Shown: in pieces, positions 12,753 to 25,570 of the stretch
Layout: each line of letters begins with the position of its first letter
Numbering within the stretch: the stretch's first letter is position 1
DNA from: Pocillopora damicornis
Taxonomy: Eukaryota
Direction: 5' to 3'
Length of the DNA: 64,000 bases
NCBI RefSeq assembly: GCF_003704095.1
Contig: NW_020844993.1
Coordinates: 1 to 64,000 of the forward strand
Made by a program: the position numbers and the translations under genes
The notes under the pieces: generated by a model
Seen by the model: only the letters and a program-made list of their open reading frames with translations
What the model was told of the DNA's origin: nothing
Databases searched by the model: none

Positions 12753-13398
12753 ACATACCACTCTTTACGTTAACGTAGAGTCAAAATTTTTTTGTTGAAA
12801 AAAAAAACTCAAAAAGCATTTCATGTCATGGAGTGGCCAAATCAAATTAGTGCCAAATTTTCCAGTTGAGAAAGTTGTTTTAATTTAACAGAATAGCTTG
12901 TAATTCCACAAACATTTAATTTTCTTTAGGGCAGGTGAATATAATAATCCTTTGCATATGAATATAATCCATTGTCTGACAATAATAATAATTTTGAAAA
13001 CATATTTAAACACGGGCAAGCAAACAGATGGAAGTTTAAGTATTGAAATAAAGATAAAAATTATTTACATATTTAATACAGATGAAAATTATTTATATAT
13101 TTGTACAATCAATGAAATTAAATACCTAAACATGTGTACATCTTTATTGTTTTTGTTTTGTTTTGTTTTGTTTTTTTTGCTGCTAAAAGTTATTGATTTT
13201 CCTGCAAAAGCTCAATCAGTAGTCACTTTTTCATCCCGAATGCTGTAATGCATTAAGATTTTATTTCCTGTCACAACTGATTGACAGTCATTCTGTTGTA
13301 TTCATCCTCAATTAAGTTGTTTTCTGGTACTTCAGCTTCATTATGGTTCATGATTGTTCATTATGGTTATGATTGGGAGTTCTCTCAAGTAATTTGAA

Positions 13399-14189
13399 TC
13401 AAGAAATTGTTTTACAAGATCTTGTAAAGTTGCAGAAAATGAAAGTTGTGCAGCCATCGGGGTGCTGACCTGGTGTTCTTTCAATGTGGCATAGTTTAGT
13501 AAGTTCATTCCTTTTTTGTTTGATCAAGTAAGACCTTGGTAAACTCTCAGAGAAAACAGACAACTCATGGTAAAGCTCATCACTGGCACAAAATTTGTCT
13601 AGCAAAAATTTCTAGGTTTTCCTGGTCAGCATCATTTGCTGATGGCTGATCAAATTCCAGGGAATGCATTTCATTAATGGCAGCCTCCTGGACCGTAAGG
13701 AAAGGCAGCTTGAGCCCGTATGACTCTAGAAACCAGAGGGCAAATTCTGACTTTTCATTAGGTTCCCTCAGTCTTCTTAATTGTTGCGTTTTCCTACTTT
13801 GTCAATAGTTTTCCCTTGACAAAGAAAACCTCCTTTTCCCTCTACATTCTGAATGTACTTAGAGAGTTCTTTATTTTTTCCTGAATTTCTCTCAACTTTT
13901 CTTCTGTATTTTTTACTGTTTCTTCAATTTCATTCTCTTTTCTCTTTAATGCATTCTTCGTTTCTCTTTCCAACCTTTCTTTCTCCTTTTCCAGATCCTT
14001 GTTCTTCAGTTTCCATTCTTTTATTCCTTGCTCTACAGCAAAGAGATTATCTTCTATTTCATGAGGCACCATTAGCTCACGTTCATAGATGTTCAGGGTC
14101 AACCGTTTCTTCTTAACCTCTCTCGTTCTTTCATTGATCTTTCCGCTGTATTTGTTAACTACCACCAGCTTCACGTCCAAACCTTCCAT
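13399..14189 (-). pseudogene. Decayed, probably transposon-derived coding fragments
   Basis: Broken ORFs: a coiled-coil piece (13842-14189) and LDKFCASDELYHELS..LPRSYLIKQKR..HIERTPG (13399-13605). The latter resembles the N-terminal part of repetitive cnidarian RAG1/Transib-like ORFs (from recall). No catalytic core is visible. Confidence 0.4.
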
Positions 14190-15384
14190 GGATTCTTGGT
14201 CCGTTTTCTTTGCTCACTTTAAACCGTCAACTTAGATCTAAAAGTGAAGGTGGTCAATGTTGTCTAATTCGTTTGTTTTGTGGTCTTTTACTCTAACAAG
14301 CTGATGCCATTTCATCAGAATGGGGTAGGGGATGTATTTATATAGCCTGAGCTATATCATAATTATGTACCCGTTGCTGTTTTATGTGACACAGAGGAGA
14401 TTCTATGACTTACGCTGAAACTTTGGAGCCTTTTTTTGCTTCTCGAAATCAGGAAAAATAGAGAAATTTTAAAGCAATAAGACTGGCCATGGAACTCACA
14501 GTGATACAAGGTCTGGTGTTTGAATTTTGGCGCAAAATTGGCGCTTTACTAAGACAGCATGTTTTTTTTTAACCAGCGGTAAAAGCTTGGTTACTAAGCT
14601 GTAGCATATGTAGTAAACATGGGAGAATTTCTCGACGAGTGGTGCGGTGGAAAGTTTCCATTTTTCTGCATGCCCAAATCTGCAAGCCCAAATGAAGCTA
14701 AATCTATCCGTAAAAGTACCCTTTTTGGTTTTTAATTTGTGGCCTTCCATTTTATCAGAAAAGGCTCTACTTTACGTATTTTAGAAGATCGTAAACTGAA
14801 GAAATTTTTGAGAGGTTAGCACTAATGGAGACATGATAGACACCGGTCGTTTTAAAGCCCTAAAGTGCGGGTAAGTTAAGGTAATTTGATGAAATGAGAG
14901 TCGAAGTACAAACAGTAACCCTTGTTCTTTTAAGATCCTCTTTGCAGCCACAACAGTAAACCAAATTATCAATCATAATAATCAAGAAAGATCACTTCAA
15001 TCGTGTGTTGACGCATGAGGGTTCCAAGCAGCAGCGAAATACCTGAGTGCAGTAACTCCATGGCGGCGATAAATTTCTCTAACTTGCTTTATAAAATAGT
15101 GTCGAGGAATTTTTTGGAAATGTTTCAATGAACTCCCATGTTCTCGATTTTGTCTCCTACTTAGAAAGTTTAATGAATGGTTGTGGAAGCCACCATGGAG
15201 AAAAGGAAATGAAATAGAAATGTGAAGAAAGAAGAAGGAGGGAAGAAAAAAATTTCAACCATGCTTAAAAAAACTACGATGTTGATTTTCAATTATGGTT
15301 GTTGATTTTTTTTTCCGCTGATAGCTATCCTTCTTTAATTCAAAATAGTCCATCTTATTGTAATAAACAGAACAAGAAAGATGT

Positions 15385-15705
15385 TAAGTTTTGGGGTCGG
15401 TAAAGAAATAGAGAAGGGTGTTTTTTTCTTCTTGTCACGAGCGTGAGGTCCCAATGAGGAATCGAACCTCAGACCTTCGGATTCTGCGCTACGATGCTCT
15501 AACACTAAGCCACAGAGACTCTGTGGTAAGCTACGCCCATTACGAAGCTCATATATGACTCACGTCCTGCATACTGCTAACTAGGATTAGCGATTTATCT
15601 AGAATCGGAGCGCGGAATCCGTACCTTTGAAGTGTGATTCCTCATGGGGACTCGGAATTTCCTTCTTTGTCCCACGCTTGTGACATGACGAAAAACATTT
15701 TTCTC
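15385..15705. mobile_element. tRNA-derived SINE, two inverted halves
   Basis: Reverse B-box GGAATCGAACC in the left half and the inverted counterpart GATTCCTCATGGGGACTC..TTTGTCCCACGCTTGTGACA in the right half; a related copy lies at 48620-48890. Confidence 0.7.
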
Positions 15706-16190
15706 AAGAAAGAATAAATAAAAACATCTTAATCTTTCAGAAAAAGTTTTCCTCCCTCACCCTTCCTCTCACCCCATGATTTATCGAAAAAAACCAGGGT
15801 AGCTTTGAACCAAAAGAACATGATCTTTTTCAAGCAGATTGCAAAAAGACTAAAGTTGATGAGCTGATTGAAATTCGAGAATGATATGGGGTCTCCATAT
15901 TTTCTATTTTTACGAGCACATCATGCTCAACTAAAGGGTGTTTATGAAGATATAGAATATCCATGGAAACGTGTTGTGTCAGAGAACAATCTCAGCTTGC
16001 TATGCAATAATTGGGCGTCTCTTTCCGTACTATTAGCCGGGAAGGGAAGAGAAAAGTTGTACTAGTGACATCCATCCATTAATGATTTCTTGCTTAAAAT
16101 AACGAGACCAATCTAAACCGTCTTGAAATTACCTAGGGGAACTGATAACTAGCTTTGTAGTGGCACCACCAGAGAGAATGCGGAATAATG

Positions 16191-16200
16191 CCTAATATGG
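16191..16200 (+). promoter_or_regulatory. CArG box of gene A2
   Basis: CCTAATATGG, followed by TACGTCA and TTTAAATAGG. Confidence 0.7.
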
Positions 16201-16311
16201 TATTTCTACGTCAGTTTCTAGTTTAAATAGGACGTTCCATCTTGTTCTCTTCAGCCGTCATATTTAACTTCCTCAGAGCAAGACCTTTTAAGCAAAAGCG
16301 TCATATTTTCA

Positions 16312-17910
16312 ATGTCTTCGAGAAGATCACCCATGGTTGAAGACTTGAAGCAGTTGTATAGAGCTGAACTTGTTGAGATTTCTGAACATCTGACCAAAGA
16401 GGAATTTAAAAAACTCTTATATTATTGCACAGATTACATTTCGGAGAGTTCTTCGAGTAGCTTCTCGACGCCGGAGGAAATTTTTCGGCGCTTGGAGGAA
16501 AAGGAAAAAATTTCGTACGAGAAAGTAGGCTTTCTGACGAAATTCGCAGACAAGATAGGAAGGAAAGATCTGGTCACAAAGCTTAACAGATATGAAATAA
16601 CCAGGGAGCTGATGATTTTTGCTGTGAACAGGCAAGGATTAGGAGCAACCATTAATTCGTCGACCACAAGTGTGGGTCATCGTTTAGCAGAAATGGCGGA
16701 TGTAGTCCAAGATCGAGTTGATGTACGAGCCCAAGGAATGATCAATTCCCTCCTTGGGTCCGGGAAAAATGTCTCCAACATTTTGGACGTAATCATCCGA
16801 GAAGCTGTGCCTGGCTCAGATGAAACCCAAAACTGGAACGACCTGGCTTTGTGCTTCGTCATTGCAGCGGGAATTGTCTGGTTGGTGCTCAGAGAGAACC
16901 AAGAATCAGACAACGATGCATTACAGGTCGCCATCGACCTGGCCAGTCATCTTTGGTCTATGATGGCCAAAATTGGAACATGGGTGAGTGGAATTTAATG
17001 TTAAATCCTTAGCTATTCCTTGCATTTGAGTCTCTGTAATCGAACTACTTTTAGAAACATACAAACAACTATGTAGAATCGAAAGCGGAAATGGATCAAC
17101 TGTTGACACCATTCTATGAAACTTAAAGATTACCATTCAAAAAAGATTTCTATGAAATGGTTTGACCGGATGAAGTCAGCGTTTCTATCTTCGCAGCATT
17201 CTCTAAGAAACATTGATTAGCTCCAACAGAATCGTAAACACGCGAGGCCGTTCAATTTTCACGGGCATATCTGAAATATTATGCTAATTGATAACTTCGA
17301 ACCACTATCGAACCCCTCAGGAACTTAGCGATTTCCAGCTTTTTATCAACGGGAGCTGTGATTTCTTGCTTGCACTGAATTTGATGCGGTCTAAAGCCAA
17401 GAAATAGACTTAAATACAGGGTGACCCCCTAAAGAAGTGTGCCTGGCTTGTTCGCTCGGTACTTGAAATAATGGGAAAGGGAAATGTTCATGTCTACTGG
17501 TAGAGATATCTGCATAATTTTAATTATTTGAGGGTTGTCAAGGGACATAGCAAATAAGTCTAATATCTGTGAACAATTCAAGAGGAGTTGTGATATAACA
17601 ATAATTAGTGGCCAAGAGGTAAACAACTCAACTATTCGTTTTATGAGTTTATAAAACTAATTAAATAAGTAAGATGAACTCGAGTGTTGCGAATTACATT
17701 CGGACAATGGCCTTTATAACGAATTCTGCAAGACTACAGAGTATCATATGTTGCTTTCATATGTAGGAGGAATTTTGCAAATTTGTCCGTAAGCGACACA
17801 CTGGATACAGTTCAGTTCCTGAGCCAGCGACTGACTCTCCGTGGAAGATGACGTTAATCGACTTGATTGAGAAGATGAAGGAAAACTTCTTTAATGAAAA
17901 ACAAGGATAA
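16312..17910 (+). CDS. DED + Bcl-2-like domain protein, type A copy A2; exons 16312-16983, 17767-17910
   Basis: DED (..IGRKDL), BH3-like RLAEMADVV, BH1-like QNWNDLALCFVIAAG, BH2-like KIGTW|EEFCKF. Donor TGG|GTGAGT, acceptor TGTAG|GAG. Confidence 0.85.
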
Positions 17911-19541
17911 GTAGCATCCAATTTAACGTAGTCATAGATTAATTTAGCAAACATTGGTGGGATAAAATATCTGAGCACTTAAGAAAGGAGTAGAAAGAGT
18001 GAACTGAAACAGATAGCTGGTTCATTTTTCTCTTTGTATCGAATATTTCAACGTCGTTAACTTGAAGATAATCTTTTTCAAGGGTCTACAATTTTCTTAT
18101 CGGTCTGGGTCTGGGTCTTGGTCTGAGTCTGGTATTTATGTGAGCAGTACAAATTTTCACACTGACCATTTTTATGGTTTTATTACTAGGTTCGCTGAGT
18201 CGTGAACCAAGTCAACAACAAGCAAGGAAGTGATGTCTTCATGTTGGACACCAACTTCCACTTATCCAGACTTGCGGTTCCTTTTTGTGAACCAGTTGGC
18301 AAGAAATAACTTTTATGCAACGGAAGTTGCGAAAACCACACAAGCGTAGCTATTGCTACACTCTCAAATAACTGATATGCTTTAAAGCATTCAAATCCTG
18401 TTGAGCTAAATTTAAGGAGGGGGCATTGGGGTCTATTAAAAACTGCAAAAGCGTAAAATCCTGATGCACCCCTCTTTAAGCTCACACTGATTTGCTCCTG
18501 AGGAAGATGAATATGGCGGCTCATTTACGTTGTAACAACGGCTCATGTTACCACATTTGAGCACAGCATAAGTCTTATTTACAAGGTAAGTCTTATTTCC
18601 ATGCTCACTACCAGTCAGACGAAAAGATCAAAATGACCCAAAAACCGATAGAGAAAAACCCAAAACTGATAAAGTAACAAAGTTAGGTCGACATCTTAAG
18701 TAGTGGGTAGTAGTAGATATAAATTTAGGTTGCCGAGTTTCGATCAAGCATGCTATATCAAAGGAAGGAACTGAAATTCGTCGTAATAGATCCTTCACTC
18801 TCAAATGATATTTAAATTGTTATAGTCTAGTGAGAGTGTACACTCAAGGGTTTTATAGGTCCTTCACACAATTAGTGGGAGAAAGTAGTTAAAGTGATAT
18901 TTCGCTTTTATTAAGAATCTAATGCTTTTTGAAGTCCCATGTAGAGTAAACTTATGTTTGAAGCTTGTATCTTCTAGATAACCGTCTCAAAGGTAATCAG
19001 GTAATTTTTTTTGTAGTATTTTGGCATTCTGCAAATATAGCTAAATGTTTTTCGATACTATGTGTCGCGATGATAGTTTAGTAGAAAGTTGCCCCTTCCG
19101 ACTGAAATTCCTGCAAATAAAAGGTTATTAACCCCAGAGATATGATTTGCGAACATCTCAAATTATTATATGCCACATTTCGCCGGCACGTTCCAGAATT
19201 CTCAGTGACAACTGTAGGAATGCGAGCGGGTATTATAGGATTAGAATCTATAATTTGCACAGTGTTCTCGAGTGAGACATTCTACGCGGTTCAGGATGGA
19301 CAAATGTCGGCCCTTGACTGGATTGAATCTCCCGATCTCCCAAACGTGTTCGTGAGAGGCACCTGGCGCTCTTATATGTTGTGGCTATATTGCATGGCGC
19401 TCACTGAGTATTGTTTTTATTATTTTCTCAAGGTAAGGTTTAAGGCTCTCATCATTGCTCACTCATTACTCAATCACTCTCATCATTATCATGTTATCAT
19501 TCATTACTGCATCAGACGACACCTTTAGGCCCGGTTATCTC

Positions 19542-19751
19542 TTAACCCTTTACACCCTAACATCAGTATGCAAACTCTCCATACCATGCTCTATACATTT
19601 CCTAAGGTGCTGACAAGGAGAATTTGTTTAACAACCAAAAGCTTGTTTAGTTAGTGATCATCTCCTTTATTCTCGTGATCTAGATGCGTGATTCGGGGAT
19701 GATATTGTAAGGAGAAATTAGGTGTTAATCACCCTTAGAGGTTAAAGAGTT
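19542..19751. mobile_element. About 200-bp MITE with TTAACCCTTT-type ends
   Basis: TTAACCCTTTACACCCTAACATCAGTATGC...AGAGGTTAAAGAGTT. Related copies at about 27432-27635, 58478-58683, 59455-59665, 59060-59170, 61480-61645 and 63820-63930. Confidence 0.8.
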
Positions 19752-22419
19752 CAGCTCCTGAGGTGACTTACACTAGGCATCTTAGGGTAAAAAATCGTAG
19801 TACTCAATAGCCTACACCAATGCTCTTGTTATTATCATTATCATCATCGCCAGCGTCGTCATCATTATTATCATTACGTTTATCTGGTGTTATGTTTTGT
19901 ATGTTTTTCTTGTTTTGTTTTCTGAGAAATGTTTTGCACTGATTTCTGGTCGAAGTCTTCATCGTGATCACGCAAGGCTGCGTCGTTGATGGAGAACCTG
20001 GAAACTGAATTACTACTTTCGTCTGTATGACCCTTTGAACGTTCCTCGTTATGCCTATGGTAACCATCATGGTGTCCTGGGTATCAGCATACTTCTAGTA
20101 AAGCCCATCTGCTGTGCACTGTTTCTGCAGTATTTTCTGGATTTCTGCATCAGTTCCTCTTTCTGTGCAACCAAGTTGTTGCATGATCTCGAAAGCGTTG
20201 GTTCAGCAACAGGCCACCCCACAGTTGTTACAGTCAAACGGAGAGGGTCCTGTTTTGCGTTCTCGCCCTCCAATCACCGAAAGGAACCGCTCAAGGCACA
20301 ATACCTCAAACATTTAATGGAAAGAACTGATATGAACGATTTCTCAAAATTGAAATATTTGGTTTTTTCATTAGCCATTACAATTTTCTTGGATTTTCGC
20401 AGTTTTCCCCTTGGCGATCGATTTATTGTCATTTTCATCGAAAAGAATGGGACTTATTAGTTAAGGGAGGCACAGTCAGTAGTTATCTCAATTTCCAGAT
20501 TCAGTATTATCCAACGGCGTTACTAAAATCATAAAGGAATTCTTCACCGCTTTCTTTAGGTTATAGCTGGTATGTATTTAGACCGATATCTGCCTCCGTG
20601 ACTTTGAGACGTTTGGTTTCGATTGATAAGCTTTGGTTTAATGTTCTTGTAGGGATTACTTTTTGCATATATTGGCATTCGTTTATCTGTGTAAATGATT
20701 TTATTATGTAGGAAACCCTAAATCCCCAAGGGTGGCACCATTGCTTTGGTCGGGGGTACACGTTCCCCGTTTTGTTCCATCTGCTGCATGGTTTTAGGGG
20801 TTTTCGTGTCCGGCTTTGGTGCATTTGCTCTTTTTTTTTAACTTGTAGCACAGTTGATATCTGTAAATGTGTTGTAGCTAGATAAAAAGCATCTTTTACT
20901 TCAAGGAAAAAAGGAATGAAAAACGTAGAGTCTAAAAATTTGAAATACCCGCTCGACTATGTAAATATGTAAAAAAAAACCAAAACAGAAAACAGTGTAA
21001 ATAGCAATAAAAAAGTATTATTTAAATACATCATATCAAGGTTTGAGTTTCTAAGCAGCAGTAGAAGACCAAACAAGTGCAGCGACCAGGGGCAGCTATA
21101 CGTTGACTAAAGCGCAAGCGCTTTTTCTAGCGAGTATTTCTGTAAGCTCCTTAATGCCCCGTGGGTAAATAAGCTCACTTATCACTCTTGCTTAGAATGT
21201 TAAAATGTCATTAGAAAAAAACGAAAGAGGACGGAAAAAGAATAGAATCGTAGGATTTTAGCAAGATATGATCATGACTTAAGCCTTGATTAGAATCATA
21301 AGATCACTGACATTTTTCTCTCCTTAATGAAAACATGTTATTGTTCACTCTTTCAGAATTATCTACCTCCCCCCTCCCCTCCCCACTACACTTTTTGGGG
21401 TTGGACATCAAACTAAGGATCAGTTATGGTTGGCAAGTTCAGTTGGGAAAGGAAAAATATGCTTTGCTTGCTTTAATTTTCAAGATAAAGTCTATCACCA
21501 AAAATGCAACTTAATAGCATCTAACCCCACGAGTAAAAACGTGCAGTCTCAAAAATCTATGTAGTTTAGCTTTGCTTTCGCCATCAAATCCTACACCAAT
21601 CTCGTTGGCCAAAATAGGTTACGATAGAGAAAAAAAATGACCTCTTCGCGAGGCTTAATCAGCAATTTATCTCCAATATCTTGCATAGTGTAGGCTGCGA
21701 GCAGACTCCCTCTCCCCACTGTGTTAAGGAATTTTTTTTTGTATTAAATCGCGCACCAAATAACACAGAGAGAGGGGCCGCAAGGGATACTGGGATTGTG
21801 CCCGCACTTGTGCACAGCGATGCCACAAACTGTGCTTTTGCGTGGCAATGGTTTAGAGAAAAAATATCTCTTTTTATTTACAGAAAACTAAGATTCTGAG
21901 GTATATTGGTTTTAATATTTTTGAAGGAAGTTCATTCATGTTCCGAATTTTGCTCCACGTTCCGCATCTTCATCTGCTAATAGGAACCAATCTTCGACAA
22001 AGTCTTTTCGATTAACCATAAGAGCAATATCTCTGGCCCAGCCCAGTGGCTCAATTAGCCAAACCTAAAAGCTAAGCTTCGAACGCCCTTTCGCTGAAGT
22101 AAAGACTTGTGAGTAAGCGACTGGAAAGATTCCCCATCTGTTAAACTTCTTTGATCAAATTCCCGTTGAATATATATAAAGACGTTCATGTGTCAACCAT
22201 AACAACATATGGGGTTTAGAAATCTTTTGATTGCATAGAGATTCAGTTAGAGATCGCACACAAAGGTTTTCAATTTCGTATTTCGTTTCGCTTTCAACGC
22301 GCAACAGATTCACCTTGCCGCAGCATCGGGCACACCAATTGCATTTTAAATTTGCAAAGTTATTTGAACTAAATGAAGAGAACTGAGAACGAGCCTTACG
22401 GAGGTAGGGGATACCTCTG

Positions 22420-22460
22420 CCTAATATGGCGATGTTACGTCTGTTTCTGATATAAATAGG
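22420..22460 (+). promoter_or_regulatory. CArG box (22420-22429) and TATA box (22451-22460) of gene A3
   Basis: CCTAATATGG ... TATAAATAGG. A reverse ISRE-like GAAAGCGAAACGAAA lies at 22281-22295. Confidence 0.7.
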
Positions 22461-22545
22461 GTGCTCGTGTTTTCTTTTGGCCGCCATATTCGTCTTTCAA
22501 AGGGGGAGAATTTTAGGGCAAAATTTTCACAATTTTTGTAAGTCT

Positions 22546-24166
22546 ATGTTATTATTACCTATGTTAGAGGAGCTAAAGCGTTGGTACCGAATTGTACTTG
22601 TCAAGATTTCTCAAGATCTGACTGAAGAGGAAAGGGAAGAACTCTTGTTTTACTGTAAAGACCACATTCAGAAGGGCTTGTCGAGTAATTTCTCCGTTGG
22701 CGTTCAAATTTTTGATCGCTTGGAAAAAGCAAACGTAATTTCCTGGGAGAAACTTGACTTCCTGACTGAGTTCCTTGGCGCAATAAAAAGGCAAAATCTT
22801 GTAACTATGCTGACTGCATTTGAGTTGACAAGAGAACTGATGATCTACGTTTTGAAAAGGCAGGATTCTCAACCACCCATGACTTCGTCGACCGCCAGTG
22901 TGGGACTCCATTTAGCGGAAATGGTGAACCATGTCCAAGATGGAGTTTACTTACCGGCCCAAGGAGTGATCAAGGCTATCCTTAAATCCCAACAGAGAGC
23001 TTCTAACGTTTTGGATGTCATCCGCCGGAAAGCATTGCCTAAAGCCAAAGAAACCGAGCCGAACACCTTCGCGTTGCTCGTCGCCATTGCAGCCGAAATT
23101 GTCTTGCTGGTGTTTGATGAGAACCAAAAACAAGAGAAGTATGCATTGGACGTCGCCATCGAGCTGGCTGACCACTTAGAGAAGAAGGTAGCCAACTATG
23201 GCAGTTGGGTGAGTGGAATTTCATGTTCAGTGTTATTTGCTGTTTTTGTCTCTGATAGTGAATTATTCTAATGAATATGTCAGCGTCATAGTGAAATCGA
23301 AAGCGGAACAGGATCATCATGAGTGAAACTGAACTGAACTTTGAAAAAAGGAGACATTTTTGAAACTAGAGCTGTTGGATGGAATTAACGCCTATTATCT
23401 CGGAAAGCCACCTAAGAAACCTACAAAACTCGTTATTCTTTAATTTTTTTAATTAATCAGCCGATCATTCCATTCAACGCTTCTAAATGAAACATAAACA
23501 TTCATGGCCGACTCTAATTACCTAATGTTCAATGTTGTTCGTTTTAAATCGTCCTTGCAAGACGGAATTCGCATTGCATGGATTTTTAGTGAGAAACCGC
23601 AAACGAACTTTTCGGTTTCTACGTGATTTTTGGCCGTGATGTTTGTTTTCTTACGTGCGCTCGGAAGCTTTGGAGTCGCTAGAATACGGGGCGAGTTGAT
23701 AAGTGAAGTCACGAGGGTGGAAAATATTATAATCTGTTCTAAAATAGTACGGTTTATTGTTCTCTTAGTAACTTGTCCGGAACTGGTAGTCGAGCTCAAA
23801 ATAAGGATACCGGAAATGTTTGATTCTTGGGAGCATTTCTAAAACAATAATACAACAATATCTTGAGAAGCAAGGCGGCTATAATTTCGACAGTTCGCGT
23901 TACCAATTCAGAACACAAAGTAGATTCAATTCGAGAACTGAACTCGGAGATAATTCTATACTTTATGATTTGTGTGGAATCGCACGGAAGAGGAACTTAA
24001 TTAGCTTTTATCTTTCCTATTGTAGAAAGAATTTTGCCGATTTGTTGGAGAACGACATAATGGTTATTTCTGTGAGCCTGTCGCTGAGCCAGCACCTGAC
24101 TCGTCATGGCAGTCGGTGTTGACCGACCTGGTAGGAAAGATGAAGGAGGTTTTCTTTAGTTACTAA
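22546..24166 (+). CDS. DED + Bcl-2-like domain protein, type A copy A3; exons 22546-23208 (ATG may be 22561), 24026-24166
   Basis: Close paralog of A2. DED ends in RQNL; NYGSW|KEFCRF; donor TGG|GTGAGT, acceptor TGTAG|AAA. The BH1 Trp is lost (EPNTFALLVAIAAE). Confidence 0.83.
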
Positions 24167-24435
24167 AAAGCGTAGAAACCCATAACCGATAGGTAGATTC
24201 TTTGATTTGATTACGTGGTATAACTGGGTAAGATTTCGATTATAGTGTAATCAAGTAAGTCAGGGGCAAAAGATGGAAAAATTTAATTAGAATTTAAAAT
24301 TTGATATTTGAATCTAAGCAAAGCACACTCATTGCGAGAAGATGCTGTTTATAGAGATTTTCTTGTTTTCTCAAAATTTAAAGCGTGGTTAATTTTTAAA
24401 AATTTTTATCCAGGGTAACTTGAGAATTTATCGCT

Positions 24436-25570
24436 TATTAAGTGGCTGAGAGCCTATTTCATAGAAAGTTACATTATGAGGTAAATTGTTTCAGACTCAA
24501 TAGGTAACCTGAAGAGGTCAGTGGAGATATCTCACGATAGTGTTGAAAAGTATTTTCTTATTCAGAGGTTCAGTTACCTTGAATAATAGCAAGCAACTTT
24601 CATTGCTCTCATTTGAATTCATAACTGATATTATGAATCATTTTGTATACAATATGTATCGTTTATGCCAACCAGAAAACATGGTTGCAATTTAAGGCAG
24701 ATGCCTTTAAAACTGAATTAATGGTCTATGGTAATGTTACAGAAATTGATCATTAAGTTCGTGATGTTTGACTAAATTTCCAGTGGGGAAAACAGTCGTG
24801 TCACATACCTGAAAAGGTAAATTTTGCGGAACAAAAGAAGGAAATGTTCCTTTCGTCAAGAGATGTGGTTCTTAAGATGAGCTCAAATCTCGGACACGTC
24901 GCTGCTATTACACTCCCATTGTTGTAGCTTTGAGAGCTACTTGGTGGATTGTAAAGATAAGCTCAAATCTCGGAGAATTGAGAATTTATCGATCACACTG
25001 AGCCTACTTCTATTTATGAGAAATATAAATTTAATGCAAATTTACTGAATTCATGTCACGAGATTCGCTCAACGTTCATTGTTTATTAAGTGGCTGAGAG
25101 CCTATTTCATAGAAAGTTACACGATAATGTAAACTGTTTCAGACTCAATAGATAACCTAAAGAGGTCAGTGGAGATATCTCACAATAGTGATTGAAAAGT
25201 ATTTTCTTATTCAGAGGTTCAGTTAGCTTGAATAACAAGCGACTTTCAAAGCTCTCGTTTGAATTCATAAGTGATATAATGAATCACTTTGAAGACAATA
25301 TGTATCTTTTATGCCAACCAGAAAACATGGTTGCAATTTATGGCAGATGCCTCTAAAACTGAGTCAATGGTCTACTGTAATGTTACAGAGATCGATCATT
25401 ACGTTCATGATGTTCGACTAAATTTCCAGTGGGGAAAACAGTCGTGTCACATACCTGAAAAGGTAAATTTTGCGGAACAAAAGAAGGAAATGTTCCTTTC
25501 GTCAAGAGATGTGGTTCTTGAGATGAGCTCAAATCTCAAATCTCAAAGCTCAATTCTCGGACACGTTGCT
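24436..25570. repeat. About 470-bp imperfect direct duplication (24436-24905 and 25086-25570)
   Basis: Both copies begin ATTAAGTGGCTGAGAGCCTATTTCATAGAAAG and end near TCTCGGACACGT. Confidence 0.9.

Noticed and set aside
15440-15520. tRNA gene
   Set aside because: Only a degenerate B-box-containing head within a dispersed SINE; no intact cloverleaf.
19804-20460. Overlapping ORFs in a slightly GC-richer patch
   Set aside because: Frames are interrupted by stops, with no recognisable motif or splice structure; possibly an old pseudogene but not supportable.
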